IMG/VR virus record: IMGVR_UViG_3300049019_000012
Location: 1 to 49,451 of that record
DNA: 49,451 bases
DNA from: a virus
Lineage: Duplodnaviria; Caudoviricetes
Direction: 5' to 3' (one strand)
Position 1 is the first letter of the stretch; each line of letters starts with the position of its first letter. Of this stretch, positions 17,395 to 26,534 are shown one piece after another. The notes below the pieces were generated by a model. The model did no database searches. It saw nothing but the letters and a program-made list of their open reading frames with translations, and was not told the DNA's origin. The position numbers and the translations under genes were made by a program.

Positions 17395-17901
17395 TCACAT
17401 GCCCAGGTTCGCGCGCTGTTCAGCCAGCACGTCCACGCCGTTCACGATGTGAATCATGTTAATAACGTCGATTTCCTGCACCACAGTGTCGCCGTGCTGC
17501 AGGCGGTAATAGTTCAGGTTCATGCTGACCTTGATATCAGGCTTCGAACCAGCTTCGACGGTGCCCTGGTCAATCTCGGTGATCTGGCCGCGCAACACGT
17601 GCGTGACTGGCGTGCTGGTGCCGTCGTAGCTCTCCAGGTTTTCGCGCAGCGTCAGCGGCACATACTGGCCTTCAGCCAGACCGAACAGCGACAGCACATC
17701 GCGGCTGAACTGGATCATGGAGAAATCCGCGTCCATGGCTTCCATGCCCATGCCAAGTTTGACGGGCATGTTCATGCCGCCGCCCCGGAATTCTTCGGTC
17801 TTCTTCGTCAGCTTCGGCGGGTTGACGTTGTTGACCTGGCCAGCGTAGCCGCTGCCGTCAACGAACAGATTGAAATTTTTGCGAACGTCGCGCGCAGTCA
17901 T
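17395..17901 (-). CDS. Tail tube protein (P2 FII-like)
   Basis: NFNLFVDG...PKLTKKTEEFRGGGM...EIDVINMIHIVNGVD. Confidence 0.92.
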   Translation of the reverse strand: MTARDVRKNFNLFVDGSGYAGQVNNVNPPKLTKKTEEFRGGGMNMPVKLGMGMEAMDADFSMIQFSRDVLSLFGLAEGQYVPLTLRENLESYDGTSTPVTHVLRGQITEIDQGTVEAGSKPDIKVSMNLNYYRLQHGDTVVQEIDVINMIHIVNGVDVLAEQRANLGM

Positions 17902-17902
17902 A

Positions 17903-19324
17903 TTAGAAAATCTCCTTGATGTAGTCGTTCACCAGGTGGCTGCGGAACGTGATGTGTTCTGCCGGGTAGACTGGCGTGAAGTCGAAATCGAAGTACACGT
18001 GGCCGTTCGCGATCTGGTCGGCGGTGTTCAGCTCCTCATCGGCCCAGCACTTGCCGCCCAAGATTGCGCCGATGGCCTTCAGGTGGCGCAGGTAGGCGTT
18101 CACGCTCTCCACGACTTCGGTCACGTAGTTTTTCGTGATGCCGCGATCCACAGCCCAGCGGTGTGCGCGCAGGATGCTGTCGTTGATGATGTCGGCGCTG
18201 CGCACGACGCACAGGAACTGCCATTTCGGATCATCGGACAGCGTGCGGTTGCCCCACAGGCGGTAGCCATCTTCGCGCACGATGGTGGCCACATTCGCTT
18301 CGTTCAGCAGGTTGGCGCGGCTGTTCGGGTCGTCCAGCGCGAAGTCGATTGCGCGGGCGGTGCCGACGATGCCGTTGAACAGCTGATTGGACGGACTCCA
18401 CCAGAAACCCAGTTCGTTGTCGATGCGGGCCTGGATGCCAGCAGCGCCAGCGCTTGCGTACTGGCTGACCAGTGCGCCGCCTTCGGACTTCACCACTTGC
18501 GGGTCGATCACATACACACGCTTGCTGCCGAAGTCGCCAGCGTAGGCGATGGCTGCGGCGTCGGTGGTGTTCGGGCCGTCGGCGAAGATCACGGCGCGCA
18601 GGCGTTCTGCGATGCCGATCATTTCCGCCACGACAGCGTTGCCAGCGGTGCCAATGGTCGCGGTGATGGTCGCTCCAGTGCCAGCGCCTGCGCCGGTCAG
18701 GGTGAAAGTCGGCGCTGCGGTGTAGCCGCTGCCGCTGTGCGTTACTTCGCGTTTGGTGATCGCGCCGCCGCTGATGGTGATGCGCGCTTGTGCGCCGCTG
18801 CCGCCAGTGCCGCCAGTCGCGTTGATGGTATAGACGCCATCGGTGTAGCCACTGCCAGCTGCGCCAGCCAGGGCGATCACGCCGCCAGTCACGCGCTGAT
18901 GCGTGAAGCCAGGCGCGATCAGGATGCGCGGCTGCTGGCCGGTGACGGCCTTCGCAGCCAGCAGCGCCTGCATGCCCAGATACTGGCCGGTGTTGCTGTC
19001 CACGCCGCCGATGATATTGGCCAGGGTTTCGGGGTCGGTCGCTTCTTTCTCGACGCGGATCACAACGACAACAGCGCCAGCCTGGTCAAAAATCGAATCC
19101 AGGGCGGAAGGCAGGGTGCCAAGGCCGTTGCCGGTTGTGTCCAGCTTGGCTGCCAGGGTGCGCGAGTTGGCCACCAGGACAGGGGTATCCAGCGGGAATG
19201 CGGTTGCGTCGGCGTCGGGCGCTGTGCCGACAATGCCGATGACGCTGGAACGAACCGTGCTAATCGGGCGCGAACCGCCGTCGATGTTCACGACTTCGAC
19301 GCCGTGCAGGAAAATTTCGCTCAT
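17903..19324 (-). CDS. Tail sheath protein (P2 FI-like)
   Basis: FLHGVEV, PRILIAPGF, GFWWSPSN, GYRLWGNRT, DFTPVYPAEHI. Confidence 0.95.
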   Translation of the reverse strand: MSEIFLHGVEVVNIDGGSRPISTVRSSVIGIVGTAPDADATAFPLDTPVLVANSRTLAAKLDTTGNGLGTLPSALDSIFDQAGAVVVVIRVEKEATDPETLANIIGGVDSNTGQYLGMQALLAAKAVTGQQPRILIAPGFTHQRVTGGVIALAGAAGSGYTDGVYTINATGGTGGSGAQARITISGGAITKREVTHSGSGYTAAPTFTLTGAGAGTGATITATIGTAGNAVVAEMIGIAERLRAVIFADGPNTTDAAAIAYAGDFGSKRVYVIDPQVVKSEGGALVSQYASAGAAGIQARIDNELGFWWSPSNQLFNGIVGTARAIDFALDDPNSRANLLNEANVATIVREDGYRLWGNRTLSDDPKWQFLCVVRSADIINDSILRAHRWAVDRGITKNYVTEVVESVNAYLRHLKAIGAILGGKCWADEELNTADQIANGHVYFDFDFTPVYPAEHITFRSHLVNDYIKEIF

Positions 19325-19366
19325 AAGTGGGGTTGTCCTGGTAAAAAATCGGATTTCTCAGCCCGC

Positions 19367-19409
19367 AGTTTGAAGGCGAAACGCCGCTTGTTCCTCTGGT
19401 GGGTTTTCC
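19367..19409 (-). promoter_or_regulatory. Putative late promoter for sheath operon
   Basis: GGAAAACCCACCAGAGGAA-N18-CAAACT. Confidence 0.75.
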
Positions 19410-19413
19410 AACA

Positions 19414-19443
19414 AAAAAAGCCGCCCAATACTGCGGCGGCAAA
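19414..19443 (-). terminator. Intrinsic terminator after tail-fibre genes
   Basis: GCCGC...GCGGC hairpin followed by T7 on minus strand. Confidence 0.6.
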
Positions 19444-19462
19444 GGCGAACGGAAAATGTCGG

Positions 19463-20038
19463 TCAGGTCTTGATGATTTTGTTCAGCACCACGGAAGGCT
19501 GAACGTTCGGGTGTGCGCTGCCGGAGCCCTGCGATGCGTTGGTGATCGATACGCCGGTCGATGCGCTATTGATGGCTGCGGCCTGCTGCAAATAGAAAAT
19601 CGAAGAGCCGCCAGTACCGCTGGAACCGCTTGAATACGTGGCGGCTGCATTATGGCCGTGTGTGTGGCCTGGATCGTTCAGCGTGTTGGCGTGCGTGTGT
19701 GCGGGCATCTGCGCCGTGGTCAGCGTGTGCGTCTCGCTGCCGCCAGCTGCGCCCAGCGTAGTGCCAGTGATGCCGCTGGCTGCGCTTGTCACGCGATTAG
19801 CAGCTGCGCCGCCCATGTTGTCTTTGCCGATGACGGCGCGACCACGGCAATCTGGTAGGCTGAAATGTGTACCGTCTACAGCGCCGTAAGTCGTTCCGAT
19901 GGCCGCAAACAGGTTCGGGTAGTCGGTTCGCAGTAGGGACTGGCCGTAGCACATAAGCCAGTCAGTCGGCGCGGTAGTGCCTGCAAAGTCCAGAACGGTG
20001 CCGGTCATACCGGCCCACAAGTCAAGTAATCGGCTCAT
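19463..20038 (-). CDS. Tail collar domain protein (short fibre)
   Basis: FAGTTAPTDWLMCYGQSL...YPNLFAAIGTTYG...FSLPDCRGR; HPNVQPS ending. Confidence 0.85.
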   Translation of the reverse strand: MSRLLDLWAGMTGTVLDFAGTTAPTDWLMCYGQSLLRTDYPNLFAAIGTTYGAVDGTHFSLPDCRGRAVIGKDNMGGAAANRVTSAASGITGTTLGAAGGSETHTLTTAQMPAHTHANTLNDPGHTHGHNAAATYSSGSSGTGGSSIFYLQQAAAINSASTGVSITNASQGSGSAHPNVQPSVVLNKIIKT

Positions 20039-20325
20039 ACACTCCCTTGTTTGAGGATGGCGGAAACGTCAGGGTTCGCCGCCAGAAATGCCTGCAGCTT
20101 AGCCACAGGGTCGTTGTCGTTTGCTGGCGCTGGCTTCGTCACCAACGCCCAGGCCGTGCCGTTCCAGTGCGGCACTTTGCCTGCAGGGATGCTCTGTGGT
20201 GGCTGCACAAGCGTGCAGCGCGCAGGGACAAGCCATACGCCAGGTTCCAGCGGGCTTTCGTCGGCTTCGGTTTGGCCTAGCAGCAGGCCGGAATTGTCGA
20301 ACTGATATGCGGTCTTTGAAGTCAT
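20035..20325 (-). CDS. Tail fibre assembly-like protein
   Basis: ADESPLEPGVWLVPARCT...PP...WNGTAW. Confidence 0.75.
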   Translation of the reverse strand: MTSKTAYQFDNSGLLLGQTEADESPLEPGVWLVPARCTLVQPPQSIPAGKVPHWNGTAWALVTKPAPANDNDPVAKLQAFLAANPDVSAILKQGSV

Positions 20326-20335
20326 TTCACTGCCC

Positions 20336-21721
20336 TTAGAATTTCACGCAGGCCAGCAGCGCAACGTTGCGCGAGCGGGTTTCCGATGCGAAGTTACCAA
20401 CGGTGCCAGCCGTCTGCGTGACCCATTGACCGCCAGTGCTCCCGTTGCCCACATCGGCGTCGCCGTTTGACTGGTTGTAGTTTGTGCTGTCCAAAGGACC
20501 CCAAACACTACCAGCTGAAATGCCTTGCGTGTTCATCAGGTGGTTATGGTTCTGCATGGCATGGCCCTGCGCCGTACCAATCGCGCGGCCAGCGTCAATT
20601 CCGCGACCGTCATCCCACCCGCGAATGAATTCACCGCGCAAATCTGGCAGGTTGAACGTGTTGAAGCCATCGCCAACCCCGAACGTCGTGCCGATGGCCG
20701 CGAACAGGTCGGCGTATGCAATTCGATTCACGGCAGCGCCGTTAGCCTTCAGCCAGCCAGCTGGTGCAGTGCTGCGCGCGAAGTGCGACACTTGGCCGGA
20801 TGGTGCCATCTGTCGCGTCTCTGCTTTGTTGAAAACGTCCAGGTTTGTGCGCGCTACTGCCTTATCGGGAACGTCGGACAGGTTCAGGTCGCGGGCCAGC
20901 GGAAACGGCACGCTGCCAAGTGGTTCGTTTTGCGTAATGCGGATGATCGCCCCAGCTGGGTACGACTTGCCCAGCACAACCTTAGTGTCGGGGAAGGTTA
21001 CGTCTTCCAGCCAGCCATCCACGCCAGCTTCGTGACCGATGCGGACGCCTTCGATATAGACAGCTGCCCCGCGCGTTGTGACTACGGCGAGAGTAACAAC
21101 AGTCTGCGAAGCGGCCAGCGTCTGCTTTTCTTCGATCACATCCACCACGACGTTTGTCGTGTCGGGGTCGCCCCACTCGGTGTCACCGTCCGCGTTCGAC
21201 GCCTTGCGCAAAATCTGGCCCGTGGTCCCTCCAGGAAGCAGCGCTGCTGGCGTGATGTTGTTGACGATCCAGGCTTGAGTGGCAACGGCCACGTTCGGAT
21301 CAATCTGCAACGTGATGACATCGGCGTTCGATACTTTGAACTGCAGTCGCACTACCATGTCCGAAAACGCACCTTCGGCGTCGGTCGGCTTGTAGGTGTC
21401 GGGGATGTTCGCCACAGCGAACAGTCCGCCGTCAGCATCGAAGATGCCGCATTCGCGCACGGTGAACCCGCCTTCAGCAGCTGGCACGACCAGTTCCGCC
21501 GTGAACATTAGCAGGTCGTCAGGGTCTTGATAGACGCGGTTCACCGTGTCGCGGTACAGCTCGCGCACAAGTGCGGTCTGGCCTTGATTGGGCGTGACTG
21601 GATTGCCATTGCCGTCGCCGACAGCCATGTGCGTCAGCACGATGGGGGTGCCAGTGGCTTCTGCCGACGCTACTTTCGCCAGGCCGTATGCTGTGTGGAT
21701 GGTTTTATAGATCATCTTCAA
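20336..21721 (-). CDS. Tail fibre (P2 gpH-like N-terminus plus collar domain)
   Basis: MAVGDGNG, GGFTVRECG, IDPNVAVAT; collar FNLPDLRGEFIRGWD; ETRSRNVALLACVK. Confidence 0.9.
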   Translation of the reverse strand: MKMIYKTIHTAYGLAKVASAEATGTPIVLTHMAVGDGNGNPVTPNQGQTALVRELYRDTVNRVYQDPDDLLMFTAELVVPAAEGGFTVRECGIFDADGGLFAVANIPDTYKPTDAEGAFSDMVVRLQFKVSNADVITLQIDPNVAVATQAWIVNNITPAALLPGGTTGQILRKASNADGDTEWGDPDTTNVVVDVIEEKQTLAASQTVVTLAVVTTRGAAVYIEGVRIGHEAGVDGWLEDVTFPDTKVVLGKSYPAGAIIRITQNEPLGSVPFPLARDLNLSDVPDKAVARTNLDVFNKAETRQMAPSGQVSHFARSTAPAGWLKANGAAVNRIAYADLFAAIGTTFGVGDGFNTFNLPDLRGEFIRGWDDGRGIDAGRAIGTAQGHAMQNHNHLMNTQGISAGSVWGPLDSTNYNQSNGDADVGNGSTGGQWVTQTAGTVGNFASETRSRNVALLACVKF

Positions 21722-21734
21722 GTCCGTTCGTTGG

Positions 21735-23840
21735 TCATTGCGGGCTGTACCAACCGTTGATCTGCAGGCTAGCGCCGTTGGCGCCAGGATATCCGCCGTC
21801 TGCGTATTTCACGCTGACAACTGATGAAGTCATCAGGCCAGTTAGCCCCTTGCCGGTTAGGGCTATTTCCGTGCCAACCGCTCCACCCATCAGCTTTGTG
21901 GTGTCATAGGGGAATGGGAGCGTGTAGCGAATATCACCCGCACCAGTGCCGTTGGTCGTAATCGGAATGTTGATGCTGTAATAGATCAGCCCGCCGTTGC
22001 GCATGTAGTTCGCAGTCACTGCGCCAACCGTTGTAAGTGTCCCGGTTCCGGCTGTTACAGTCGGAGTCCAGGCAAATGCTGCATCCGGCGCATTCCCCGA
22101 TACTCGGTATTCCGTGACGGTGGCGGTGTCGATAAACGGGCGATACTGGAAATTCAGGTCCATGACCCTGTTGTCATAGACGCGTACAGGATTGCCTGCT
22201 GCCACACCGTTTTTGATGTAAATGTTGTAGTCGGCGGTTGTGTAGCCGCACCCCGTGAACTGGTTATCAGTCACGAATAGCCCCGACGTTGGCGTAGCCG
22301 TCAACGCATACTGTATCGACCGGCGCGCAACGTTGTAGAACTTGTTTTTCGTGATGGACATATTGGCAAGATCAGTCGGGCCGGATGGGGTCGCATCAGC
22401 ACACCAAACGCCATGTCCAGCGATATTCCGCATCTCGTTGTTGTCGATATCGACTCTGCGATATGCGTACACGTAAATTGCGCAGGTGTACGTCAAAACC
22501 CAATAGGTCGCATTGGGCGGCGCTTGGTTTGTGTTCGCCACGATACACCGGTATGTACTGCCTCCAGAGCTAACGATCTGCCCAACCGCATACGCTGTCG
22601 CGCCGCTCCATGCTGGGCCAATCGATACCGTGTCGATGCGGTTATTTTTGATGGACGAATCCATCAGTGCGCCGACATAAATAGCCGCCGCGCCCGCCTG
22701 GTTAGCTGGGTTTTGTCCAGCAGAAATAATGCTATTGCCTTCAATAACAATATTGCTGGCCATTGCGGTGTTGCTGCCCCACAGGTAGCTGGAAAAACCA
22801 CAGCTAGACGAGAAATACGAATAATTGCCGGTCGCTATGACGTTATGGCAGCTGGAAAGATTGAATCCGTTACCAGTCACATTGCCGTAAGCAATATTGC
22901 CATGGAACGTCCCGAACTGTGGCGGCGAAAGTGAAGGGCCGCTATCCCAGACTGCCGCGAAAGCATCGTCGCCGCTCGCATAGACGCGGTTTTCAGTGCA
23001 TGTAAAACCATTTGCACCGTCCGAGAAATGGATACCGTCCGCCTTCGGGGAAATCACCACATTACCGTGCACGCGTGTGCGCGTGCTTGCCGAAACCCAT
23101 ACCCCTGCAGACGGAATGTCGTTCAATGTGCAGCGCTCGACGGTGGCATTTGTGGCACCTGACACACTTATGCCAAAACCATAACCAGTATTCCGCAATG
23201 CCGCAGGATCGCTGCGCATACGCACGCCAATTGCGCCGCAATCTACCCCGCCGATGATAAGGCAGTGGTTGTATGCGAATGGCGGAAGCGTGTAATAAAT
23301 CTCGCCAGGGCCTTCCAGCGTGACGCCAGTACCTGAAATTCCAAGCGAGTCAGAAACCTTGTACCGGCCCGCTGGCAGCTTGACCCGGCATCCCTTTATT
23401 GTGGCTGCGTAGTCCAGCGCGGCCCTGATTGCCAAAGTGTCGTCAGCGCCAGAAACAAACGCGTTTGAGCCGTTTAAAACGGTATCGCCAACGGCTCCAA
23501 AATCCTTGACGCTGACGGTTTCCCTTAGCTTGTCTTGTATGGCGCGCGCAATCGCACCTGCTGCATTTTGAATAAATGCAGTCGCGGTCTTGACGATGTA
23601 TGCGGCGATATTTGATAGCTTTGCGCGTGCCCAAACACCTGCTTTTTTGAACGCCCAGGTCTCAGTGCCGTCAAGCGCGGCCGGTTCGGATGCCGCCGCA
23701 TCAGGATTAAGCGCCTCCGTGCGGTTCGTAAGTGCCTGCGCCTGCAGGTTCATCGGGCCGCCTGGGCCGCCCAGCGCTGCCGTAGTGATCGGCAGTTCTA
23801 CGACGTTATCCCAGCCAGGTGTCGGGGTCAGGTTCGACAT
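21735..23840 (-). CDS. Tailspike-like right-handed beta-helix protein (putative depolymerase)
   Basis: VSVKDFGAVGD...DDTLAIRAA pectate-lyase-3-like start; ADGIH and GDDAFA parallel beta-helix repeats. Confidence 0.8.
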   Translation of the reverse strand: MSNLTPTPGWDNVVELPITTAALGGPGGPMNLQAQALTNRTEALNPDAAASEPAALDGTETWAFKKAGVWARAKLSNIAAYIVKTATAFIQNAAGAIARAIQDKLRETVSVKDFGAVGDTVLNGSNAFVSGADDTLAIRAALDYAATIKGCRVKLPAGRYKVSDSLGISGTGVTLEGPGEIYYTLPPFAYNHCLIIGGVDCGAIGVRMRSDPAALRNTGYGFGISVSGATNATVERCTLNDIPSAGVWVSASTRTRVHGNVVISPKADGIHFSDGANGFTCTENRVYASGDDAFAAVWDSGPSLSPPQFGTFHGNIAYGNVTGNGFNLSSCHNVIATGNYSYFSSSCGFSSYLWGSNTAMASNIVIEGNSIISAGQNPANQAGAAAIYVGALMDSSIKNNRIDTVSIGPAWSGATAYAVGQIVSSGGSTYRCIVANTNQAPPNATYWVLTYTCAIYVYAYRRVDIDNNEMRNIAGHGVWCADATPSGPTDLANMSITKNKFYNVARRSIQYALTATPTSGLFVTDNQFTGCGYTTADYNIYIKNGVAAGNPVRVYDNRVMDLNFQYRPFIDTATVTEYRVSGNAPDAAFAWTPTVTAGTGTLTTVGAVTANYMRNGGLIYYSINIPITTNGTGAGDIRYTLPFPYDTTKLMGGAVGTEIALTGKGLTGLMTSSVVSVKYADGGYPGANGASLQINGWYSPQ

Positions 23841-24464
23841 TTAGTTAAATACTCCATCAAGATTCTGCGAGCCATCCAGCTGCCAGCCGCCATCAAGCAG
23901 CAGTGGCGAACCGGCTTGCGGCTCATATTTCACGGTGATTTCGCTGCCGGTCAGTGATGCGCCAGCAGTGAATAGGCGCGCCTTCGTCGTTATCGTCGGG
24001 ATTACGGTTTCCAGGTGCGAGCGCAGATTTTTCGTGGACTCGACGACATCAAGAATTCGGGCCAGGTCGCCGTCACTGATGCCCACCTGGTCAACGTCCA
24101 GGTGCAGCAGGAACGTGTATTCAGGCCCAATCGGTGTTTGGTTGAACCACTCTTGAACCTGAACATCGAAGCCCAGCGCGGCCAGCGCGCGCTTCACTGC
24201 TCCGATAGTGCCCTTGTGTTGATGGACATAAACGGAATCGCGGATGGTCTGGCGCTTCTGTTCATCGGTCCAATCGGTTTGCCAGGCGTCAACGGAATAC
24301 TGATGCGCAAGCCACGGCAGCAGGGCAGCAGGGCATGCGCTCGGGTCTTTCGATTCCCGCACCAGCACAGGCACATCGGAAATGCGCGCAGTCGCGCCTT
24401 CCATGGCGCGTTCCTGCGCCGTCGCACTAGATGGCAGCAGGGTGTCACTCACCAATGCCACCAT
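23841..24464 (-). CDS. P2 gpI-like baseplate/tail protein
   Basis: LLPSSAT, CPAALLPWLA, HQHKGTIGAVKRAL; start may be GTG 24452. Confidence 0.9.
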   Translation of the reverse strand: MVALVSDTLLPSSATAQERAMEGATARISDVPVLVRESKDPSACPAALLPWLAHQYSVDAWQTDWTDEQKRQTIRDSVYVHQHKGTIGAVKRALAALGFDVQVQEWFNQTPIGPEYTFLLHLDVDQVGISDGDLARILDVVESTKNLRSHLETVIPTITTKARLFTAGASLTGSEITVKYEPQAGSPLLLDGGWQLDGSQNLDGVFN

Positions 24465-25341
24465 TCGTCAGCGTGATGGCCGTGCAGCGTGCGGCCTGGC
24501 CCCAGTCCGCCACGATGTCAGCGGTTGGCTGCGTCAGCGTCACGTTCTGCACGCCGTCCTGGTGCAACGCGTGGTAGATGCCAGACAGCGTGATGTCGCG
24601 GCCCAGTCGCATGCTGGTTTCGGTGTAAGACTCGATTGCGGCCTGCGATGCCGCCATGACAACAGCCGCGTCAGGCCCGCTGTATGTCTTGATGGTGGCA
24701 ACAACGGTGTACGGCAAGATGACGGCGGCCTGCACGGTCACGTTGTCGGTCAGTGGTCGCACGTCGTCGCCCAAAGCCGCAGTAACAGCGGCCAGCAGTT
24801 CAACCGATGCAACGCCATCATCCACGCGGGACAGGATGGCGACACTTACAGCGCCAGGCGTTGGACTGGTCGCTGCAGCATCCAGCACGTCGGCGTCAGC
24901 GCTCAGCGAGTGGAACAGGTAAGCACCTTCCGGCCCCGCCGTGCTGAAGCCTTCGAACGCCAACTGCACGCGACGGCGCAGCGCTTCGTCGCCTTCGTAG
25001 GTCGGCGGCACAGGCGGGATTGCGTCAGGATTGCCCGCATCCAGCAGCAGGCGCTGCACGTTGTAGTTCGCAGCAATGTTGTCCAGGTCTGCTCCAACAG
25101 CGTAGGCCAGCGTCGTTGCCTTGATGGCTTCGTTGACGCGCTGGCGCAGCAGGAATTCGCGGTATGCGGCAACTTCCAGCACCTTGTGCGCCGGGTCGGA
25201 TTCCACCATGGCGGTAAATGATGCGTCGCGCGCTACCAGGTCGGCAACCATCGCCGCCAGGATGGTTTCATAATCCAGCGGCTCAACAGCTGCAGGTAAG
25301 GGCAGCTGCGACAGGTCTACAGCGGTGAAAGAACTTGCCAT
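24445..25341 (-). CDS. Baseplate J-like protein
   Basis: DLSQLPLP, ESDP, STAGPEGAY, VRPLTDNVTV. Confidence 0.93.
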   Translation of the reverse strand: MASSFTAVDLSQLPLPAAVEPLDYETILAAMVADLVARDASFTAMVESDPAHKVLEVAAYREFLLRQRVNEAIKATTLAYAVGADLDNIAANYNVQRLLLDAGNPDAIPPVPPTYEGDEALRRRVQLAFEGFSTAGPEGAYLFHSLSADADVLDAAATSPTPGAVSVAILSRVDDGVASVELLAAVTAALGDDVRPLTDNVTVQAAVILPYTVVATIKTYSGPDAAVVMAASQAAIESYTETSMRLGRDITLSGIYHALHQDGVQNVTLTQPTADIVADWGQAARCTAITLTNGGIGE

Positions 25342-25685
25342 TAGCTTTTCTTGATAACGATGCCGTCCAGCGTCACCACGCTGCCTTCAGGCAGGTAGTC
25401 ACCCGTCACGTCCAGTTCGACGCTGCCAGGCGATGCGGTAACGACGTTGATTTTTTTCACTCGAAAGCGCGGCTCCCACTTGTTGATGGCCGTCACGCCC
25501 GCAGCGATGATTTTTGTAATGGTTTCGCGGTTAATGGGCGCATCGATCAGGCGCGGCAGTTCGCTGCCGTAGTCGCGACGCATCACGCGCGTGCCAAGTG
25601 GCGTGCGCAGGATGTCGGCGACGCTCTGGCGCATATGCTCCAGGCCGCCCAGCCGCTTGCCAGTAGATGCGTTCATTCCGTCCAT
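25341..25685 (-). CDS. Baseplate wedge gpW/gp25-like protein
   Basis: HMRQSVADILRTPLGTRVMRRDYGS...KWEPR. Confidence 0.93.
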   Translation of the reverse strand: MDGMNASTGKRLGGLEHMRQSVADILRTPLGTRVMRRDYGSELPRLIDAPINRETITKIIAAGVTAINKWEPRFRVKKINVVTASPGSVELDVTGDYLPEGSVVTLDGIVIKKS

Positions 25686-25691
25686 GCTGCC

Positions 25692-25734
25692 ATTGTCGGC
25701 GGCATGGTAAGTTTGTTCCTCTGGTGGGTTTTCC
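25692..25734 (-). promoter_or_regulatory. Putative late promoter for gpW operon
   Basis: GGAAAACCCACCAGAGGAA-N18-GACAAT, 6 nt before the gpW ATG. Confidence 0.75.
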
Positions 25735-25736
25735 GA

Positions 25737-26051
25737 CTACATACGGCAGGAAACAATTTCAATGACGATTGTGCGGCGGTCGTTGCGCGCGGGTACGCCC
25801 GTGTAGTCGAAATCAAGGTGGACAGGGTAGTTGTAACCAACCATGCCGCCGTCCAATATGATCGACACGGCGTCGCCGGTCTTCGATGTTTCGGTGACGG
25901 TCAGTCCGGTGGCGGTAACGGTGAAGTCGCCGACGTGCGCGCCGATCAGGGCGCAAACGTCAGTCAGGTCCAGCGTGTAATCCAGCGCCTTGCCCGCCAC
26001 CTTCTGGATGTGCGGCAGCCCGTTTTTGATGGTGTATCCGATATTGTCCAT
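25737..26051 (-). CDS. Small beta-rich virion accessory protein
   Basis: LDYTLD...GG..G..Y...RTI pattern; last gene of inserted cassette. Confidence 0.7.
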   Translation of the reverse strand: MDNIGYTIKNGLPHIQKVAGKALDYTLDLTDVCALIGAHVGDFTVTATGLTVTETSKTGDAVSIILDGGMVGYNYPVHLDFDYTGVPARNDRRTIVIEIVSCRM

Positions 26052-26057
26052 GATCGC

Positions 26058-26534
26058 CTACGCGTTGAATTTGAAAGTGCGCGACTCGGCAGGGAAGCGG
26101 AACGTTCGCAGCGCCGAAGCCACGAACGTTTGCGCGCTGACGCTCGCGCCTGGCGACATGTTCACCTGGCCCGCTGCAGCGGCCAGCAGCCGGTGCCGCT
26201 GCGCGATTGCGCCAGGGCTACTGCTGTTGATCTGGATCGATGTCGCCCCCACCAGGACGCTAGTCTGCTGGCCCAGCGCTGCGGTGCTCGACAGGTTGCC
26301 CTGGCTGGAATTCGCGCCGGTCAGCTGATGCCGCTGCACAGCAGCGCCAGCACTGGACGTACTGGCCTGTGATGCGCCCGCGCCGGTCAGTTTGTGCCGC
26401 TGGGTTATCGCCCCGCTGCTGCTGCTGTTCGCCTGCGTCGATAATTCAGCAGCCAATGCCGCAGACCCGGCAAACACCTGGGCACCAAAGACGCCCGCGC
26501 CAGCAAGGTACTGCGCGCCGTAGACGTTGCTCAT
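26058..26534 (-). CDS. Repeat-containing fibre-like accessory protein
   Basis: About four ~22-aa repeats SS.GA..QRH.L.GA...Q. Confidence 0.7.
   Translation of the reverse strand: MSNVYGAQYLAGAGVFGAQVFAGSAALAAELSTQANSSSSGAITQRHKLTGAGASQASTSSAGAAVQRHQLTGANSSQGNLSSTAALGQQTSVLVGATSIQINSSSPGAIAQRHRLLAAAAGQVNMSPGASVSAQTFVASALRTFRFPAESRTFKFNA

Noticed and set aside
17870-19633. Long plus-strand ORFs antisense to structural and replication genes (also 32207-33508, 45506-46963)
   Set aside because: Shadow ORFs produced by GC-rich codon bias of well-supported minus-strand genes.
19463-21721. Invertible tail-fibre switch or diversity-generating retroelement
   Set aside because: Both collar genes have the same orientation; no invertase, reverse transcriptase or template/variable repeat seen.
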